A DNA stretch of 64,000 nt, from positions 6,386,001 through 6,450,000 of the forward strand of contig CM059452.1 of NCBI GenBank assembly GCA_030390025.1, in the 5' to 3' direction. The DNA is from Squalus acanthias (Eukaryota). The notes beneath the pieces are model-generated. The model did not search any database. It was given only the letters and a program-made list of their open reading frames with translations, and was not told where the DNA came from. Below are positions 24,838 through 39,000 of the stretch, piece after piece (positions within the stretch are counted from its first letter, which is position 1; each line of letters opens with the position of its first letter). The translations under genes and the position numbers were made by a program.

Positions 24838-25606
24838 TGTTAGAATATGTATAACATAGCATCAATGTACAGGGTGGAGGTGGCAAATTAATCCATGCCC
24901 TGAGTTAAACGGTAGACAGGTCTGTATTCATTAGACAAGACTAAGATGGTGGGAAATTAAACTGCAGAGTCAGCTGCAGAGTATGACTCGTGGGAAAATT
25001 AGGGAGGATACCTACTCAGCAAGGCAGGATAACACGCATACAAGATAACATACATAAGGATTGAGTGACGATGTGGCCTGAGGTGGCCTTCGCTTGTTTG
25101 TGAAGCTACAACATGGCTGGCCAGAAGACAAAATGGCTCACATCGAAGTCAAGTTGAACTAATTATACTATGCTTGCTTTGCAGAAGTACATGAGCAGGT
25201 CACAAGGTCAGAATCTGTGCTTTGAAGAGATTGTGACTCTCAGACTACACGAATAGATAAGAAAGAAGGCCACGATGATAGAGGGGTTGGGATAAGTCAA
25301 TTAAGCAAAAACATGATTGACTGCAGAATGTGGGAAGAAAGCGTAAAAATGTCACGTGGTAGAAGTAATGGATATAATGGAATACTAGACACCATGATGG
25401 ATAAATTTGTACCCGCCCCTAGGGCAGGATGAGACTGATAAGATTATGTATAAAAATGTAATTTGCTAAGCTGTCGTTGGAGTTGGATCCAAGGTTCTCC
25501 CCAGGCCTGTGAATAAAGACCGTTTTGAACCATCACTCGAAGTCTGTCATCTGTAGTGAAGCTAAGCTTCGACCTTGTATATCACTCGGTCCGCTGATTG
25601 CTTACA
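24838..25606 (+). mobile_element. Possible solo LTR
   Basis: tgttag...cttaca ends, tataaaa ~25449, AATAAA ~25512. Lies within sequence absent from the paralogous block; no clear TSD. Confidence 0.4.
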
Positions 25607-25659
25607 TCACATATATGTATATTATTTATATTAATACCTGTCTATCCATCTAACAGAGA

Positions 25660-28275
25660 AATGGTCTAGAACAGTAATAACGCAGATATGGTCTAGTGTA
25701 ATGTAAACAGAGACAGGGTCTAGTGCTGTAATAACTGAGACAGGGTCTAGTGTAATATAAACAGAGACAGGGTCTAGTGTAATATAAACAGAGACAGGGT
25801 CTAGTGTAATATAAACAGAGACAGAGTCTCGTGTAATATAAACAGAGACAGGGCCTTGTGTAATATAAACAGAGACAGGGTCTAGTGTAATATAATCAGA
25901 GACAGGGTCTAGTGCTGTAATAACTGAGACAGGGTCTAGTGTAATATAAACAGAGACAGGGTCTAGTGTAATATAAACAGAGACAGGGTCTAGTGTAATA
26001 TAAACAGAGACAGAGTCTCGTGTAATATATTCAGAGACAGGGTCTAGTGTAATATAAACAGAGACGGGGTCTAGTGTAAGATAAACAGAGACGGGCCTTG
26101 TGTAGTATAAACAGAGACAGGGTCTGGTGTAATATAAACAGAGACAGGGTCTAGTGTAATATAAACAGAGACAGGGCCTAGTGTAATATAAACTGAGACA
26201 GGGTCTAGTGTAATATAAACAGAGACAGGGTCTAGTGTAATATAAACAGAGATAGGGCCTTGTGTATTATAAACAGAGCCAGGGTCTAGTGTAATATAAA
26301 CAGAGACAGGGGCTAGTGTAATATAAACAGAGACAGGGTCTAGTGTAATATAAACAGAGACAGGGTCTAGTGTAATACAAACAGAGACAGAGTCTCGTGT
26401 AATATATTCAGAAACAGGGTCTAGTGTAAGATAAACAGAGACAGTGCCTAGTGTAATATAAACAGAGTCAGGGCCTAGTGTAATATAAACAGAGACAGGG
26501 CCTTGTGTAGTATAAACAGAGACAGGGTCTAGTGTAATATAAACAGAGACAGGGTCTAGTGTAATATAAACAGAGACAGGGTCTAGTGTAATATAAACAG
26601 AGACAGGGTCTAGTGTAATATAAACAGAGACAGGGTCTAGTGTAATATAAACAGAGACAGGGTCTAGTGTAATATAAACAGAGACAGGGTCTAGTGTAAT
26701 ATAAACAGAGACAGGGTCTAGTGTAATATAAACAGAGACAGGGTCTAGTGTAATATAAACAGAGACAGGGTCTAGTGTAATATAAACAGAGACAGGGTCT
26801 AGTGTAATATAAACAGAGACAGGGTCTAGTGTAATATAAACAGAGACAGGGTCTAGTGTAATATAAACAGAGACAGGGTCTAGTGTAATATAAACAGAGA
26901 CAGGGTCTAGTGTAATATAAACAGAGACAGGGTCTAGTGTAATATAAACAGAGACAGGGTCTAGTGTAATATAAACAGAGACAGGGTCTAGTGTAATATA
27001 AACAGAGACAGGGTCTAGTGTAATATAAACAGAGACAGGGTCTAGTGTAATATAAACAGAGACAGGGTCTAGTGTAATATAAACAGAGACAGGGTCTAGT
27101 GTAATATAAACAGAGACAGGGTCTAGTGTAATATAAACAGAGACAGGGTCTAGTGTAATATAAACAGAGACAGGGTCTAGTGTAATATAAACAGAGACAG
27201 GGTCTAGTGTAATATAAACAGAGACAGGGTCTAGTGTAATATAAACAGAGACAGGGTCTAGTGTAATATAAACAGAGACAGGGTCTAGTGTAATATAAAC
27301 AGAGACAGGGTCTAGTGTAATATAAACAGAGACAGGGTCTAGTGTAATATAAACAGAGACAGGGTCTAGTGTAATATAAACAGAGACAGGGTCTAGTGTA
27401 ATATAAACAGAGACAGGGTCTAGTGTAATATAAACAGAGACAGGGTCTAGTGTAATATAAACAGAGACAGGGTCTAGTGTAATATAAACAGAGACAGGGT
27501 CTAGTGTAATATAAACAGAGACAGGGTCTAGTGTAATATAAACAGAGACAGGGTCTAGTGTAATATAAACAGAGACAGGGTCTAGTGTAATATAAACAGA
27601 GACAGGGTCTAGTGTAATATAAACAGAGACAGGGTCTAGTGTAATATAAACAGAGACAGGGTCTAGTGTAATATAAACAGAGACAGGGTCTAGTGTAATA
27701 TAAACAGAGACAGGGTCTAGTGTAATATAAACAGAGACAGGGTCTAGTGTAATATAAACAGAGACAGGGTCTAGTGTAATATAAACAGAGACAGGGTCTA
27801 GTGTAATATAAACAGAGACAGGGTCTAGTGTAATATAAACAGAGACAGGGTCTAGTGTAATATAAACAGAGACAGGGTCTAGTGTAATATAAACAGAGAC
27901 AGGGTCTAGTGTAATATAAACAGAGACAGGGTCTAGTGTAATATAAACAGAGACAGGGTCTAGTGTAATATAAACAGAGACAGGGTCTAGTGTAATATAA
28001 ACAGAGACAGGGTCTAGTGTAATATAAACAGAGACAGGGTCTAGTGTAATATAAACAGAGACAGGGTCTAGTGTAATATAAACAGAGACAGGGTCCAGTG
28101 TAATATAAACAGAGACAGGGTCTAGTGTAATATAAACAGAGACAGGGTCTAGTGTAATATAAACAGAGACAGGGTCTAATGTAATATAAACAGAGACAGG
28201 GTCTAGTGTAAAATAAACAGAGACTGGGCCCAGTGTAATGTAAACAGAGACAGGGTCTTGTGCAGTAATAGCTGA
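25660..28275. repeat. 27-bp minisatellite (~95 units)
   Basis: Unit tagtgtaatataaacagagacagggtc. Core ~26515-28090 is invariant and the edges are diverged. Confidence 0.97.
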
Positions 28276-28277
28276 TA

Positions 28278-28760
28278 ATTCTGTGCCCTCTAGTTTCTGA
28301 CCCTCCAACCAGTGGAAACAGTTCCATGGAATCGTAGAATGTTACAGCACAGAAGGAGGCAATTCAGCCCATCGAGTCTGTGCTGGCTCTTTCAAAGAGC
28401 AATGCAGTTAATCTCACTGCCCCCCCGCCACTGCTCTTTCCCCATATCCCTGAATATTTTTTCCTTCAAGCTTTTATCCAATTCCATTTTGAAGGTTACT
28501 ATTGAATCTGGCACCACCCTATCAGGCTGAACATTCCAAATCCTAACCACTCGTCGTGTTCAGACGGTTTTCCTCATATCGCCTCAGGTTCATTCTCCAG
28601 TCACCTTAAATCTGTGCCCTCCGGTTATCGACCCTTCAGCCATTGGAAACAGTTTCTCATTGTTTACTCTATCAAAACCCCCCCATGAATTTGAACACAT
28701 CTATTAAATCTGCCCTGAACATTCTCGGCTCTAAGGAGAACAATCCCAGCTTCCAGCTGC
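28278..28760 (-). mobile_element. Old CR1 3' fragments
   Basis: cagcacagaaggaggc.attcagccc 3'-UTR motif; KLGLFSLE...RADLIDVFKFM. Confidence 0.75.
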
Positions 28761-29039
28761 TCTGACGGTGAACCTCACGCAGAGTAAATCTCAAGTTCTG
28801 TGAGTCCTTCTGCCTCGGGCACTTCCAGATGTTCCTTTGCGAAACCTCTGAGACTTTTATATGGACACAGTGGAAATCCCGTGCACCTTTACAACAGTGT
28901 GGGAATAACATCCCAGGCAAGATAAGAGAACCAGGCCCTGACAATTAACCGGATCGGTGTAAGACTGGGCTCAGGCCCTGAACTTTAGACACACTGAGCT
29001 TAATGGCAACATTTTAAAATACAAGCTGTGATATGTTAA

Positions 29040-29497
29040 CAGACTCGGCTCAGTGGGATCACTCTCGCCTCGGAGTCAGAAGGTCATAGGTTCAAGCCCA
29101 CACCAGAGGCCTGAGCCCATAATCTAGGCCGACACTCCCAGTGCAGTGCTGAGGGAGTGCTGCACTGTCGGAGGAGCCACCTTTCAGATGAGACGTTAAA
29201 CCGAGACACCATCTGTCCTCTCAAGTGAATATAAAAGATCCTATGGCACTATTTTAAAGAAGAGCAGGGGAGTTCACCCTGGTATCCTGGTTAATATTTA
29301 TCCCTCAACCAAAATCATTAAACACAGATATTTTGGTCAATATCTCCTTGCTGTGTGTGGGATCTTGCTGTGCGCAAATTGGCTGCAGCATTGCTTACTT
29401 TACAACAGTGACTACATTTCCAAAGTTCTCATTGGCTGTAAATCTCTTTGGGACGTCCTGCGGCAGTGAAAGGCGCTATATAAATGCAAGTTCTTTC
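29040..29497 (+). mobile_element. Deu-domain SINE, full length
   Basis: Colinear with 1774-2243; A/B boxes (ggctcagtgg, ggttcaagccc). Confidence 0.85.
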
Positions 29498-30370
29498 TAA
29501 ATGTCAACATTTTAAAATCCAAGTTGCGATATGTTAAAAGCTCCGACATTACTGCGATTGTAGGACACTCCTCTGCTCACTGTTTGAACTTGTTTAGTTT
29601 CAATGGGTTGAAGCTTCCACTAAGTGGAACACCAGCCTGTTCACAGATGTCCCATTGATTTCAGCAGCAGAACTTTCAGAACTGAATTATTAATTTTAAT
29701 AATTTTCCTTTTTGTTATAAATCACATCTGTTCTAATTGAACAAAACTGAATCCAATGTCACTGTTCGAGATATTTCAATTCATTTTGTACTAACTGCCA
29801 AAATTCTTAAAATAAACCCTTGTTGTGAGTTGAAACGAATCAATAAGTGACTTTGTTGATCTGGTTTTGCTGCCATGAACACTTCATGGAAACCAGTGAG
29901 GCGTTTATGTAAATAAACACAGAAATAGAAGTCCCAGATTAGAGTATTGAGCGACAGAAAAACAATAAATCTTTCCCCATCAACACAGAACAGAAATAAA
30001 GAGAGAAATGCAAATGTCTCAACGGATTCCAGCAACAATTGTTTTTGAGACATTTCTCTAAGTTATAGGAGAATAAAGTAAAGATGATATCCATGTTCAG
30101 AATGGGGAAAGATTCCCACAAGTCACCGTACATAGTGACATCACAAATGTGTGTGTGGAGATTTCCTGTATCCTCTCCCTCTCTGCCTCTCTCTCCTATT
30201 TCCACCTTCTGTCTTGCCTCTCATGAATGGATCATTGTCTTTACCCCAAAACAAGATGTCAATTTCTTGCAAAAGTTTTCCCTCAGCCCTATTCATAGGC
30301 CTCGAACCGAATTGATTGGAGTGCTCAGAGGGAGCTTTAATATAAAATGTAACCTATACATTAGATAAAC
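29262..30370. repeat. Tandem-duplication unit B, copy 1 (SINE 3' half plus ~0.8 kb unique sequence)
   Basis: Highly similar to 35008-36040, 40253-41290 and 47626-48660; near-identical ORF translations in all four. Confidence 0.93.
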
Positions 30371-33300
30371 TGGGAATGTTTGATGGGACAGTGTAGAGGG
30401 AGCTTTACTCTGTATCTAACCCGTGCTGTACCTGCCCTGGGAGTGTTTGATGGGACAGTGTAGAGGGAGCTTTGCTCTGTATCTAACCCGTGCTGTACCT
30501 GCCCTGGGAGTGTTTGATGGGACAGTGTCGAGGGAGCTTTACTCTGTATCTAATCCGCGCTTTACCTGCCCTGAGAGCGTTTGATGTGAGTGTGTAGAGG
30601 GAGCTTCACTCTGTATATAACCCATGCAGTACCTGCCCTGAGAGTGTTTGATCGGACAGTGTAGAGGTTCTTTACTTGTATCTAATCCGTGCTGTACCTG
30701 CCCTGGGAGTGTTTGATGGGACAGTGTAGATGGAGAATCAATCTGTATCTAGCCCGTGCTGTACATACCCTGGGAGTATTTGATGGGAAAGTGTAGAGGG
30801 AGCTTTACTCTGTATCTAACCCGTGCTGTCCCTGCCCTGGTTATGTTTGATGGGACAGTGTAGAGGGAGCTTTACTCTCTATCGAACACGCGCTGTCTCT
30901 GCCCTGGGATGGGTGAAGCGTCAGTTTAGAGGGAGCTTTACTCTGTATCTAACCCTTGCTGTCCCTGACCTGGGAATGTGTGATGGGGCAGTGTGGAGGG
31001 AGCTTTATTCTGTATCTAACCAGTGCTGTACCTTTCGCGGGAGTTTTTGATGGGACATTCTAGAGGGAGCTTTACTCTGTATAAAATCCTTGCAGTGCCT
31101 GCCCTGAGAGTTTTTGTTGGGGCAGTTAAGAGGGTGCTTTACTCTGTATCAAACCCTTGCTGTCCTTGTCCTGAGAATGTGTGATGGGACAGCGTAGAGG
31201 CAGCTTTATTCTGTAGCTAACCCGTGCTGTCCCTGCCCTGGGACTGTGTGATGGGAGAGTGTAGAGGGAGCTTTACTCTGTATATAACCCATGCACTGCC
31301 TGCACTGGGAGTGTTTGATGGGACAGTGTAGAGGGAGCTTTACTCTGTATCTAATCCGTGCAGTACCTACCCTGGGAGTGTTTGATGGGACAGTGTAGAG
31401 GGAGATTTACTCTGCATCTAAAATGTGCACGACCTGCCCTGGGAGTGTTTGATGGGACAGTTTCGTGTGAGCTTTACTCTGTATATAACCCATGCTGTAC
31501 CTGCCCAGTGAATGTTTGATGGGACAGTGTAGAGGGAGCAATCCTCTGTATCTAACACATGCAGTACCATCCCTGGAAGTGTTTGATGGGACAGTGTAGA
31601 AGGAGCTTTACTCTGTATCTAACCTGTACTGCACCTGCCCTGGGAGTGGTTGATGGGAAAGTGTAGAGTGAGATTTACTCTGCATCTAACCCATGCTGTA
31701 CCTGCCCTGGGAGTGGTTGATGGGAAAGTGTAGAGCGAGATTTACTCTGTATCTAACCCGTGCTGTCCCTGCCCTGGGAGTGTTTGATGGGACAGCGTAG
31801 AGGCAGCTTTATTCTGTATCGAACCCTGCTGTCCCTGCCCTGGGACTGTGTGATGGGACAGTGTAGAGGGAGCTTTACTCTCTATCGAACACGCGCTGTC
31901 CCTGCCCTGGTTATGTTTGATGGGACAGTGTAGAGCGAGCTTTACTCTCTGTCGAACACGCGCTGTCCCTGCCCTGGGTATGGGTGAAGCGTCAGTTTAG
32001 AGGGAGCTTTGCTCTGTATCTAACCCTTGCTGTCCCTGACCTGGGAATGTGTGATGGGGCAGTGTAGAGGGAGCTTTATTCTGTATCTAACCAGTGCTGT
32101 ACCTTTCGTGGGAGTTTTTGATGGGACATTCTAGAGGGAGCTTTACTCTGTATAAAACCCTTGCAGTACCTGCCCTGAGAGTTTTTGTTGGGGCAGTTTA
32201 GAGGGTGCTTTACTCTGTATCAAACCCTTGCTGTCCTTGTCCTGAGAATGTGTGATGGGACAGCGTAGAGGCAGCTTTATTCTGTAGCTAACCCGTGCTG
32301 TCCCTGCTCTGGGAATGTATGATGGGACAGTTTAGAGTGTGCTTTACTCTGTATCTAACCGTTGCTGTCCGTGTCCTTGGAATGTAGGATTGGAAAGTGC
32401 AGAGTGAACTATATTCTGTAGCTAACTCGTGCTGTCCCTGACCTGGGTGTCTTTGATGGGACATTGTAAAGGAAGCTTTACTCTGTATCTAATTCGTGCT
32501 GTACCTGCCCTGGGAGTGTTTGATGGGACAGTTTCGGGGGAGCTTTACTCTGTATCTAACCCGTGCTGTACCTCCACTGGAATGTTGGATGGGACTGTGC
32601 GGAGGGAGCTTTACCCTATATATAACCCATGCTGTACCTGCCCTGAGAGTATTTGATGGGACAGTGTAGAGGAAGCTTTACTCTGTATCTAACCCGTGCT
32701 GTACCTGCCCTGGGAGTGGTTGATGGGAAAGTGTAGAACGAGATTTACTCTGTATCTAACCCGTGCTGTCCCTGCCCTGGATATGGGTGATATGACATCT
32801 TAGAGGGAGCTTTACTCTGTATCTAACCCTGCTGTCCCTAACCTTTGAATATGTTTTGGGACAGCGTAGAGGCAGCTTTATTCTGTAGCTAACCCGTGCT
32901 GTCCCTGCCCTGGGACTGTGTGATGGGACAGTGTAGAGGGAGCTTATTCAATATCTAATCCGTGTTGTACCTTCACAGGGCGCATCTGATGGGACATTGT
33001 AAAGAAAGCTTTACTCTGTATCTAATCCGTGCAGTACCTGCCCTGGGTGTGTTTTATTGATCAGTGTCGAAGGAGCTTTACTCTGTATATAACCCATGCA
33101 GTGCCTGCGTGGGAGTATTTGATTGGACAGTGTAGAGGGAGCATTACTCTGTATCTAATCTGTGTTTTATCTGCCCTGGGTGTGTTTGATGGGACAGTGT
33201 AAAGGAACCTTGTCACTGTATCTAATCCGTGCTGTACCTGTCCTGAGAATATTTGACGCGACAATGTAGAGGAAGCATTATTCTGCATCTAACACATGCT

Positions 33301-34945
33301 GTACTTGCCCTAGGAGTGTTTGATGGGACAGTGTAGAGGGAGCATTACTCTGTATCTAACATGTGCAGAACCTGCCCTGGGAGTGTTTGATGGGACAGTT
33401 TAGTGTGAGCTTTGCTCTGTAACTAACCGGTGCTGTACTTGCCCTGGCTATGGGTGATGGGACAGTTTAGAGGGAGCATTCCTATGTCTGAACACGTGCA
33501 GTACCTTCCCTGGGAATGTTTGATGGGACAGCGCAGAGGGAGCTTTACTCTGCATCTAACCCGTGCTGTACCTGCCCTGGGAGTGTTTGATTGGACAGCG
33601 TAGAGGGAGCTTTACACTGTATCTAACCTGTACTGCACCTGCCCTGGGAGTGTTTGATAGGAAAATGTAGAGCGATCTTTACTCTGTATCTAATCCGTGC
33701 TGTGCCTGTCCTGGCAGTGTTTGTTGGGACAGTGTAGAAGGAACTTTACTCTGTATCTAACCTGTGATTTACCTGCCCTGGGATTGTGTGATGGGACAGC
33801 GTAGAGGGAGCATTACTCTGTATCTAACCCGTGCTGTACCTGCCCTGGGAGTATTTGATGGGCAGTGTAGAGGGAGCTTTACTCTGTTTCTAACCCATGC
33901 TGTGCGTGCCCTGGGAATGATTGATGGGACAATGTTGAGGGAGATTTACTTTGTATCTAACCGGTGCTGTGCCTACCCTGGGAATGTTGGGTGGAACAGT
34001 GTAGAGGGAGCGTTAATGTGTATCTATCCCTTTTTGTACCTGCGCAAGGAGTGTTTGATGGGACAGTGTGGAGGGAGCTTTACTCTATATCTAACCTGAG
34101 CTGTACCTGCCCTGGGAGTATTTGATGGGACAGTGTCGAGGGAGCTTTACTCTGAATCTAGCCCGTGCTGTACCTGCCCTGGGAGTGTTTGATGGGACAG
34201 TGTAGAGGGAGCTTTACTCTGTATTTAACCTGAGCTGTACCTGGCCTGGGAGTGTTTTATGGGACAGTGTGGAGGGAGCTTTACTCTGTATCTAAACCGA
34301 GCTCTACCTGGCCAGGTAGTGCTTGATTGGACAGTGTAGAGGGAGCTTTGCTTTGTATTTAACCCGTGCTGTACCTGCCCTTGGAGTGTTTGATGGGACA
34401 GTGTAGAGGGAGCTTTACTCAGTATCTAACCCGTGTTGTACCTGCCCTTGGAGTGTTTGATGGGACAGTGTAGAGGGAGCTTTAATCTGTATCTAACCCG
34501 TGCTGTACCTGGCCTGGGAGTGTTTGATGGGACAGTGTAGAGGGAGCTTTAATCTGTATCTAACTCATGCTGTAGCTGCCGTTGGAGTGATTGATGGGAC
34601 AGTGCAGAGGGAGCGTTTCTCTGTATCTAACCCTTGCAGTACCTGACCTGGGATTGTTTGTTGGGACAGTGTAGAGGGAGCTTTAGTCTGCATCGACCTG
34701 AACTTTACCATCACTGGGAGTGTTTGATGGGACAGTGTGGAGGGAGCTTTACTCTGTATCTAACCCGTGCTGTCCCTGCCCTGGGTGTGTGTGATTGGAC
34801 AGTCTAGGGAGAGCTTTATTCTGTATCTAGTCAGTGCTGGACCTGAACTGGGAGTGTTTGATCTTATACTGTAGAGAGAGCATCACTCTGCATTTAACGT
34901 GTGCTGTACCTGCCTTTGGAGTTTTAGATGGGAGAGTGTAGAGGG
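30370..34945. repeat. 67-bp satellite array, diverged
   Basis: Same unit as 7105-8090 with many variant monomers. Confidence 0.95.
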
Positions 34946-36040
34946 ACTTGATGGGCCGAATGGCCACCTTCTGTGACCTTATGACTGTATGAATCTATGA
35001 CTCTATAACAGCAGTGGAGTTCTCCCTGGTATGTTGCTGAATATTTATCCCTCTACCAAAATCACTAAACACAGATATTTTGGTCAATATCTCCTTGCTA
35101 TTTGTGGGATCTTGCTGTGCGCAAATTGGCTGCAGCATTTCCTACTTTACAACAGTGACTATACTTCCAAAGTTCTTCATTATCTGTAAAGCGCTTTGGG
35201 ACGTCCTGAGGCAGTGAAAGGCGCTATATAAATGCAAGATTTTTCTAAATGACACCATTTTAATGGGTTGAAGCTTCCACTAAATGGACATCCAGTGGAT
35301 CACCAGCCTGTTCACAGATGTCCCATTGATTTCGGCAGCAGAACTTTCAGAACTGAATTATTAATTTTAATATTTTTTCCTCTGTTATAAATCACATCTG
35401 TTTTAACTGACCAAAACTGAAGCCAACGTCACTCTTCAAGATATTTCTGTTCATTGTGTACCAACTGTCAATATTCTTAAAATAAACCCTTGTTGTGAGT
35501 TGAAACGAATCAATAAGTGACTTTGTTGATCTGGTTTTGCTGCCATGAACACTTCATGGAAACCAGTGAGGCGTTTATGTAAATAAACACAGAAATAGAA
35601 GTCCCAGATTAGAGTATTGAGCGACAGAAACACAATAAATGTTTCCCCACCAACACAGAACAGAAATAAAGAGAGAAATGCAAATGTCTCAACGGATTCC
35701 AGCAACAATTGTTTTTGGGACATTTCTCTAAGTTATAGGAGAATAAAGTAAAGATGATATCCATGTTCAGAATGGGGAAAGATTCCCACAAGTCACCGTA
35801 CATAGTGACATCACAAATGTGTGTGTGGAGATTTCCTGTATCCTCTCCCTCTCTGCCTCTCTCTCCTATTTCCACCTTCTGTCTTGCCTCTCAAGAATGG
35901 ATCATTGTCTTTACCCCAAAACAAGATGTCAACGTCTTACAAAAGTGTTCCCTCAGCCCTATTCCTAGGCCTCGAACCAAATTGATTGGAGTGCGCAGAG
36001 GGAGCTTTAATCTAAAATGTAACCTGTACATTAGATAAAC
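34946..36040. repeat. Unit B, copy 2 (CR1 tail stub + SINE 3' half + unique sequence)
   Basis: gatgggccgaatggcc...tatgactctat CR1-type tail, then the Deu-SINE 3' half, then sequence matching 29600-30370. Confidence 0.93.
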
Positions 36041-39000
36041 TGGGAATGTTTGATGGGACAGTGTAGAGGGAGCTTTACTCTGTATCTAACCCGTGCTGTA
36101 CCTGCCTGGGAGTGTTTGATGGGACAGTGTAGAGGGAGCTTTACGCTGTATCTAACCCGTGCTGTGCCTGCGTGGGAGTATTTGATGGGACAGTGTAGAG
36201 GGAGCTTTACTCTGTATCTAACCTGCATTGTACCTGCCCTGGGAGTGTTTGATGGGGCAGTTTAGATAGAGATTTACACTGTATCTAAACCGTGCTGTAC
36301 CTGGCCTGGGAGTGTTTGATGGGACAGTGTAGAGGGAGCTTTACTCTGTATCTAACCCGTGCTGTACCTGCCCTGGGAGTGTTTGATGGGACAGTGTAGA
36401 GGGAGCTTTACTCTGGATCTAACCCGTGCTGTACCTGGCCTCGGAGTGTTTGATGGGACGGTGTAGAGGCAGCTTTACTCTGTGTCTAACCCTTGCTGTA
36501 CCTGCCCTGGTCATGTTTGTTGGGACAGTGCAGAGGGAGCTTTACTCTGTATCTAACCTGTACTTTACCTGCCCTGGGAGTGTTTGATCGGACAGTGTAG
36601 ATGGAGCTATACTTGTATCTAACCCGTGCTCTACCTGCCTTGGGAGTGTTTGATGGGACAGTGTAGAGGGAGCTTTACTCTGTATCTAAACCGTGCTGTA
36701 CATGCCCTGGGAGTGTTGATGGGACAGTGTAGAGGGAGCTTTACTCTGTATCTAACCCGTGCTGTACCTGCCCTGGGAGATTTTGATGGACAGTGTAGAG
36801 GGAGCTTTACTCTGTATCTAACCCGTGCTGTACCTGCCCTGGGAGTGTTTGATGGGACAGTGCAGAGGGAGCTTTACTCTGTATCTAACCCGTGCTGTAC
36901 CTGCCCTGGGAGTGTTTGATGGGACAGTGTAGAGGGAGCTTTACTCTGTATCTAACCCGTGCTGTACCTGCCCTGGGAGTGTTTGATGGGACAGTGTAGA
37001 GGGAGCTTTACTCTGTATCAAACCTGTGCTGTACCTGCCCTGGGAGTGTTTGATGGGACAGTGTCGAGGGAGCTTTACTCTGTATCTTACCCTTGCTGTA
37101 CCTGCCCTGGTCTGTTTGATGGGACAGTGCAGAGGGAGCTTTACTCCGTATCTAACCAGTACTTTATCTGCCTTGGGTGTGTTTGATGGGACAGTGTAGA
37201 GGGTGCTATACTTTGTATCTAACCCGTTCTCTACCTGCCTTGGGAGTGTTTAATGGGACAGTGGAGATGGAGCTTTGCTCTGTATCTGAACTGTGCTGTA
37301 CATGCCCCGGGAGTGCTTGATGAGACAGTGTTGAGAGAGCTTTTCTCTGTTTCTAACCCATGCTGTAAATACATTGGGAGATTCTGCTGGACAGTGCAGA
37401 GGGAGCTTTAATCCGTATCTAACCCTTGCTGTACCTGACCTGGGATTGTTTGTTGGGACAGTGTAGAGGGAGCTTTAGTCTGCATCGACCTGTACTTTAC
37501 CTGCACTGGGAGTGTTTGATGGGACAGTGTGGAGGGAGCTTTACTCTCTAACTAACCGGTGCTGTACTTGCCCTGGCTATGGGTGATGGGACAGTTTAGA
37601 GGGAGCATTCCTATGTCTGAACACGTGCAGTACCTTCCCTGGGAATGTTTGATGGGACAGCGCAGAGGGAGCTTTACTCTGCATCTAACCCGTGCTGTAC
37701 CTGCCCTGGGAGTGTTTGATTGGACAGCGCAGAGGGAGCTTTACTCTGTATCTAACCTGTACTTTACCTGCCCTGGGAGTGTTTGATCGGACAGTGTAGA
37801 TGGAGCTATACTTTGTATCTAACCCGTTCTCTACCTGCTTTGGGAGTGTTTAATGGGACAGAGTAGATGGAGCTTTACTCTGTATCTAAACCGTGCTGTA
37901 CATGCCCCGGGAGTGCTTGATGGGACAGTGCAGAGAGAGCTTTACTCTGTATCTAACCCATGCTGTAAATACATTGGGAGATTTTGCTGGACAGTGTAGA
38001 GGGTGATTTACTCTGTATCTAACCCGTGCTGTACCTGCCCTGGGAGTGTTTGATGGGACAGTGCAGAGGGAGCTTTACTCTGTATCTAACCCGTGCTCTA
38101 CCTGCCCTGGGAGTGTTTGATGGGACAGTGTAGAGCGAGCTTTACTCTGTATCTAACCCGTGCTGTACCTGCCCTGGGAGTGTTTGATGGGACAATGCAG
38201 AGGAAGATTTACTCTGTAGCAAACCCGTGCTGTACCTGTCCTGGGACTGTTTGATGGGACAGTGTAGAGGGAGATTTACTCTGTATCAAACCCGTGCTCT
38301 ACCTGCCCTGGGAGTGTTTGATGGGACAGTGTAGAAGGAGCTTTAATCTGTAGCTAGCCCGTGCTGTACCTGCCCTGGGAGTGTTTGATGGGACAGTGTA
38401 GAAGGAGCTTTAATCTGTAGCTAGCCCGTGCTGTACCTGCCCTGGGAGTGTTTGACGGGACAGTGTAGAGGGAGATTTACTCTGTATCTAACCCGTGCTG
38501 TCCCTGACCTGGGAGTGTTTGATGGGACTGTGTAGAGGGAGCTTTACTCTGTATCTAACCCGTGCTGTACCTGCCCTGGGAGTGTTTGATGGGACAGTGC
38601 AGAAGGAGATTTACTCTGTATCTAACCCGTGCTGTCCCTGACCTGGGAGTGTTTGATGGGACTGTGTAGAGGGAGCTTTACTCTGTATCTAACCCGTGCT
38701 GTACCTGCCCTGGGAGTGTTTGATGGGACAGTGTAGAGGGAGCTTCACTCTGTATCTAACCCGTGCTGTACCTGGCCTGCGAGTGTTTGATGGGACAGTT
38801 TAGAGGGAGCTTTACTCTGTATCTAAACCGTGCTGTACCTGCCTGGGCGTGTTTGATGGGACAGAGTAGAGGGAGCTTTACCTTGTATCTAACCCGTGCT
38901 ATACCTGCCTGGGAGTTTTTGATGGGACAGTGTAGAGGGAGCTTTACTCTGTATCTAACCCGTGCTGTACCTGCCCTGGGAGTTTTTGATGGGACAGTGT

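Noticed and set aside
26071-28327. 745-aa and 619-aa repeat ORFs (also 54135-55292 and 56884-57918)
   Set aside because: Translations of the 27-bp satellite, present in both orientations and with no gene context.
30024-30057. EKCLKNNCCWNP resembling a trefoil-domain fragment
   Set aside because: Too short, and the remaining trefoil cysteines are absent.
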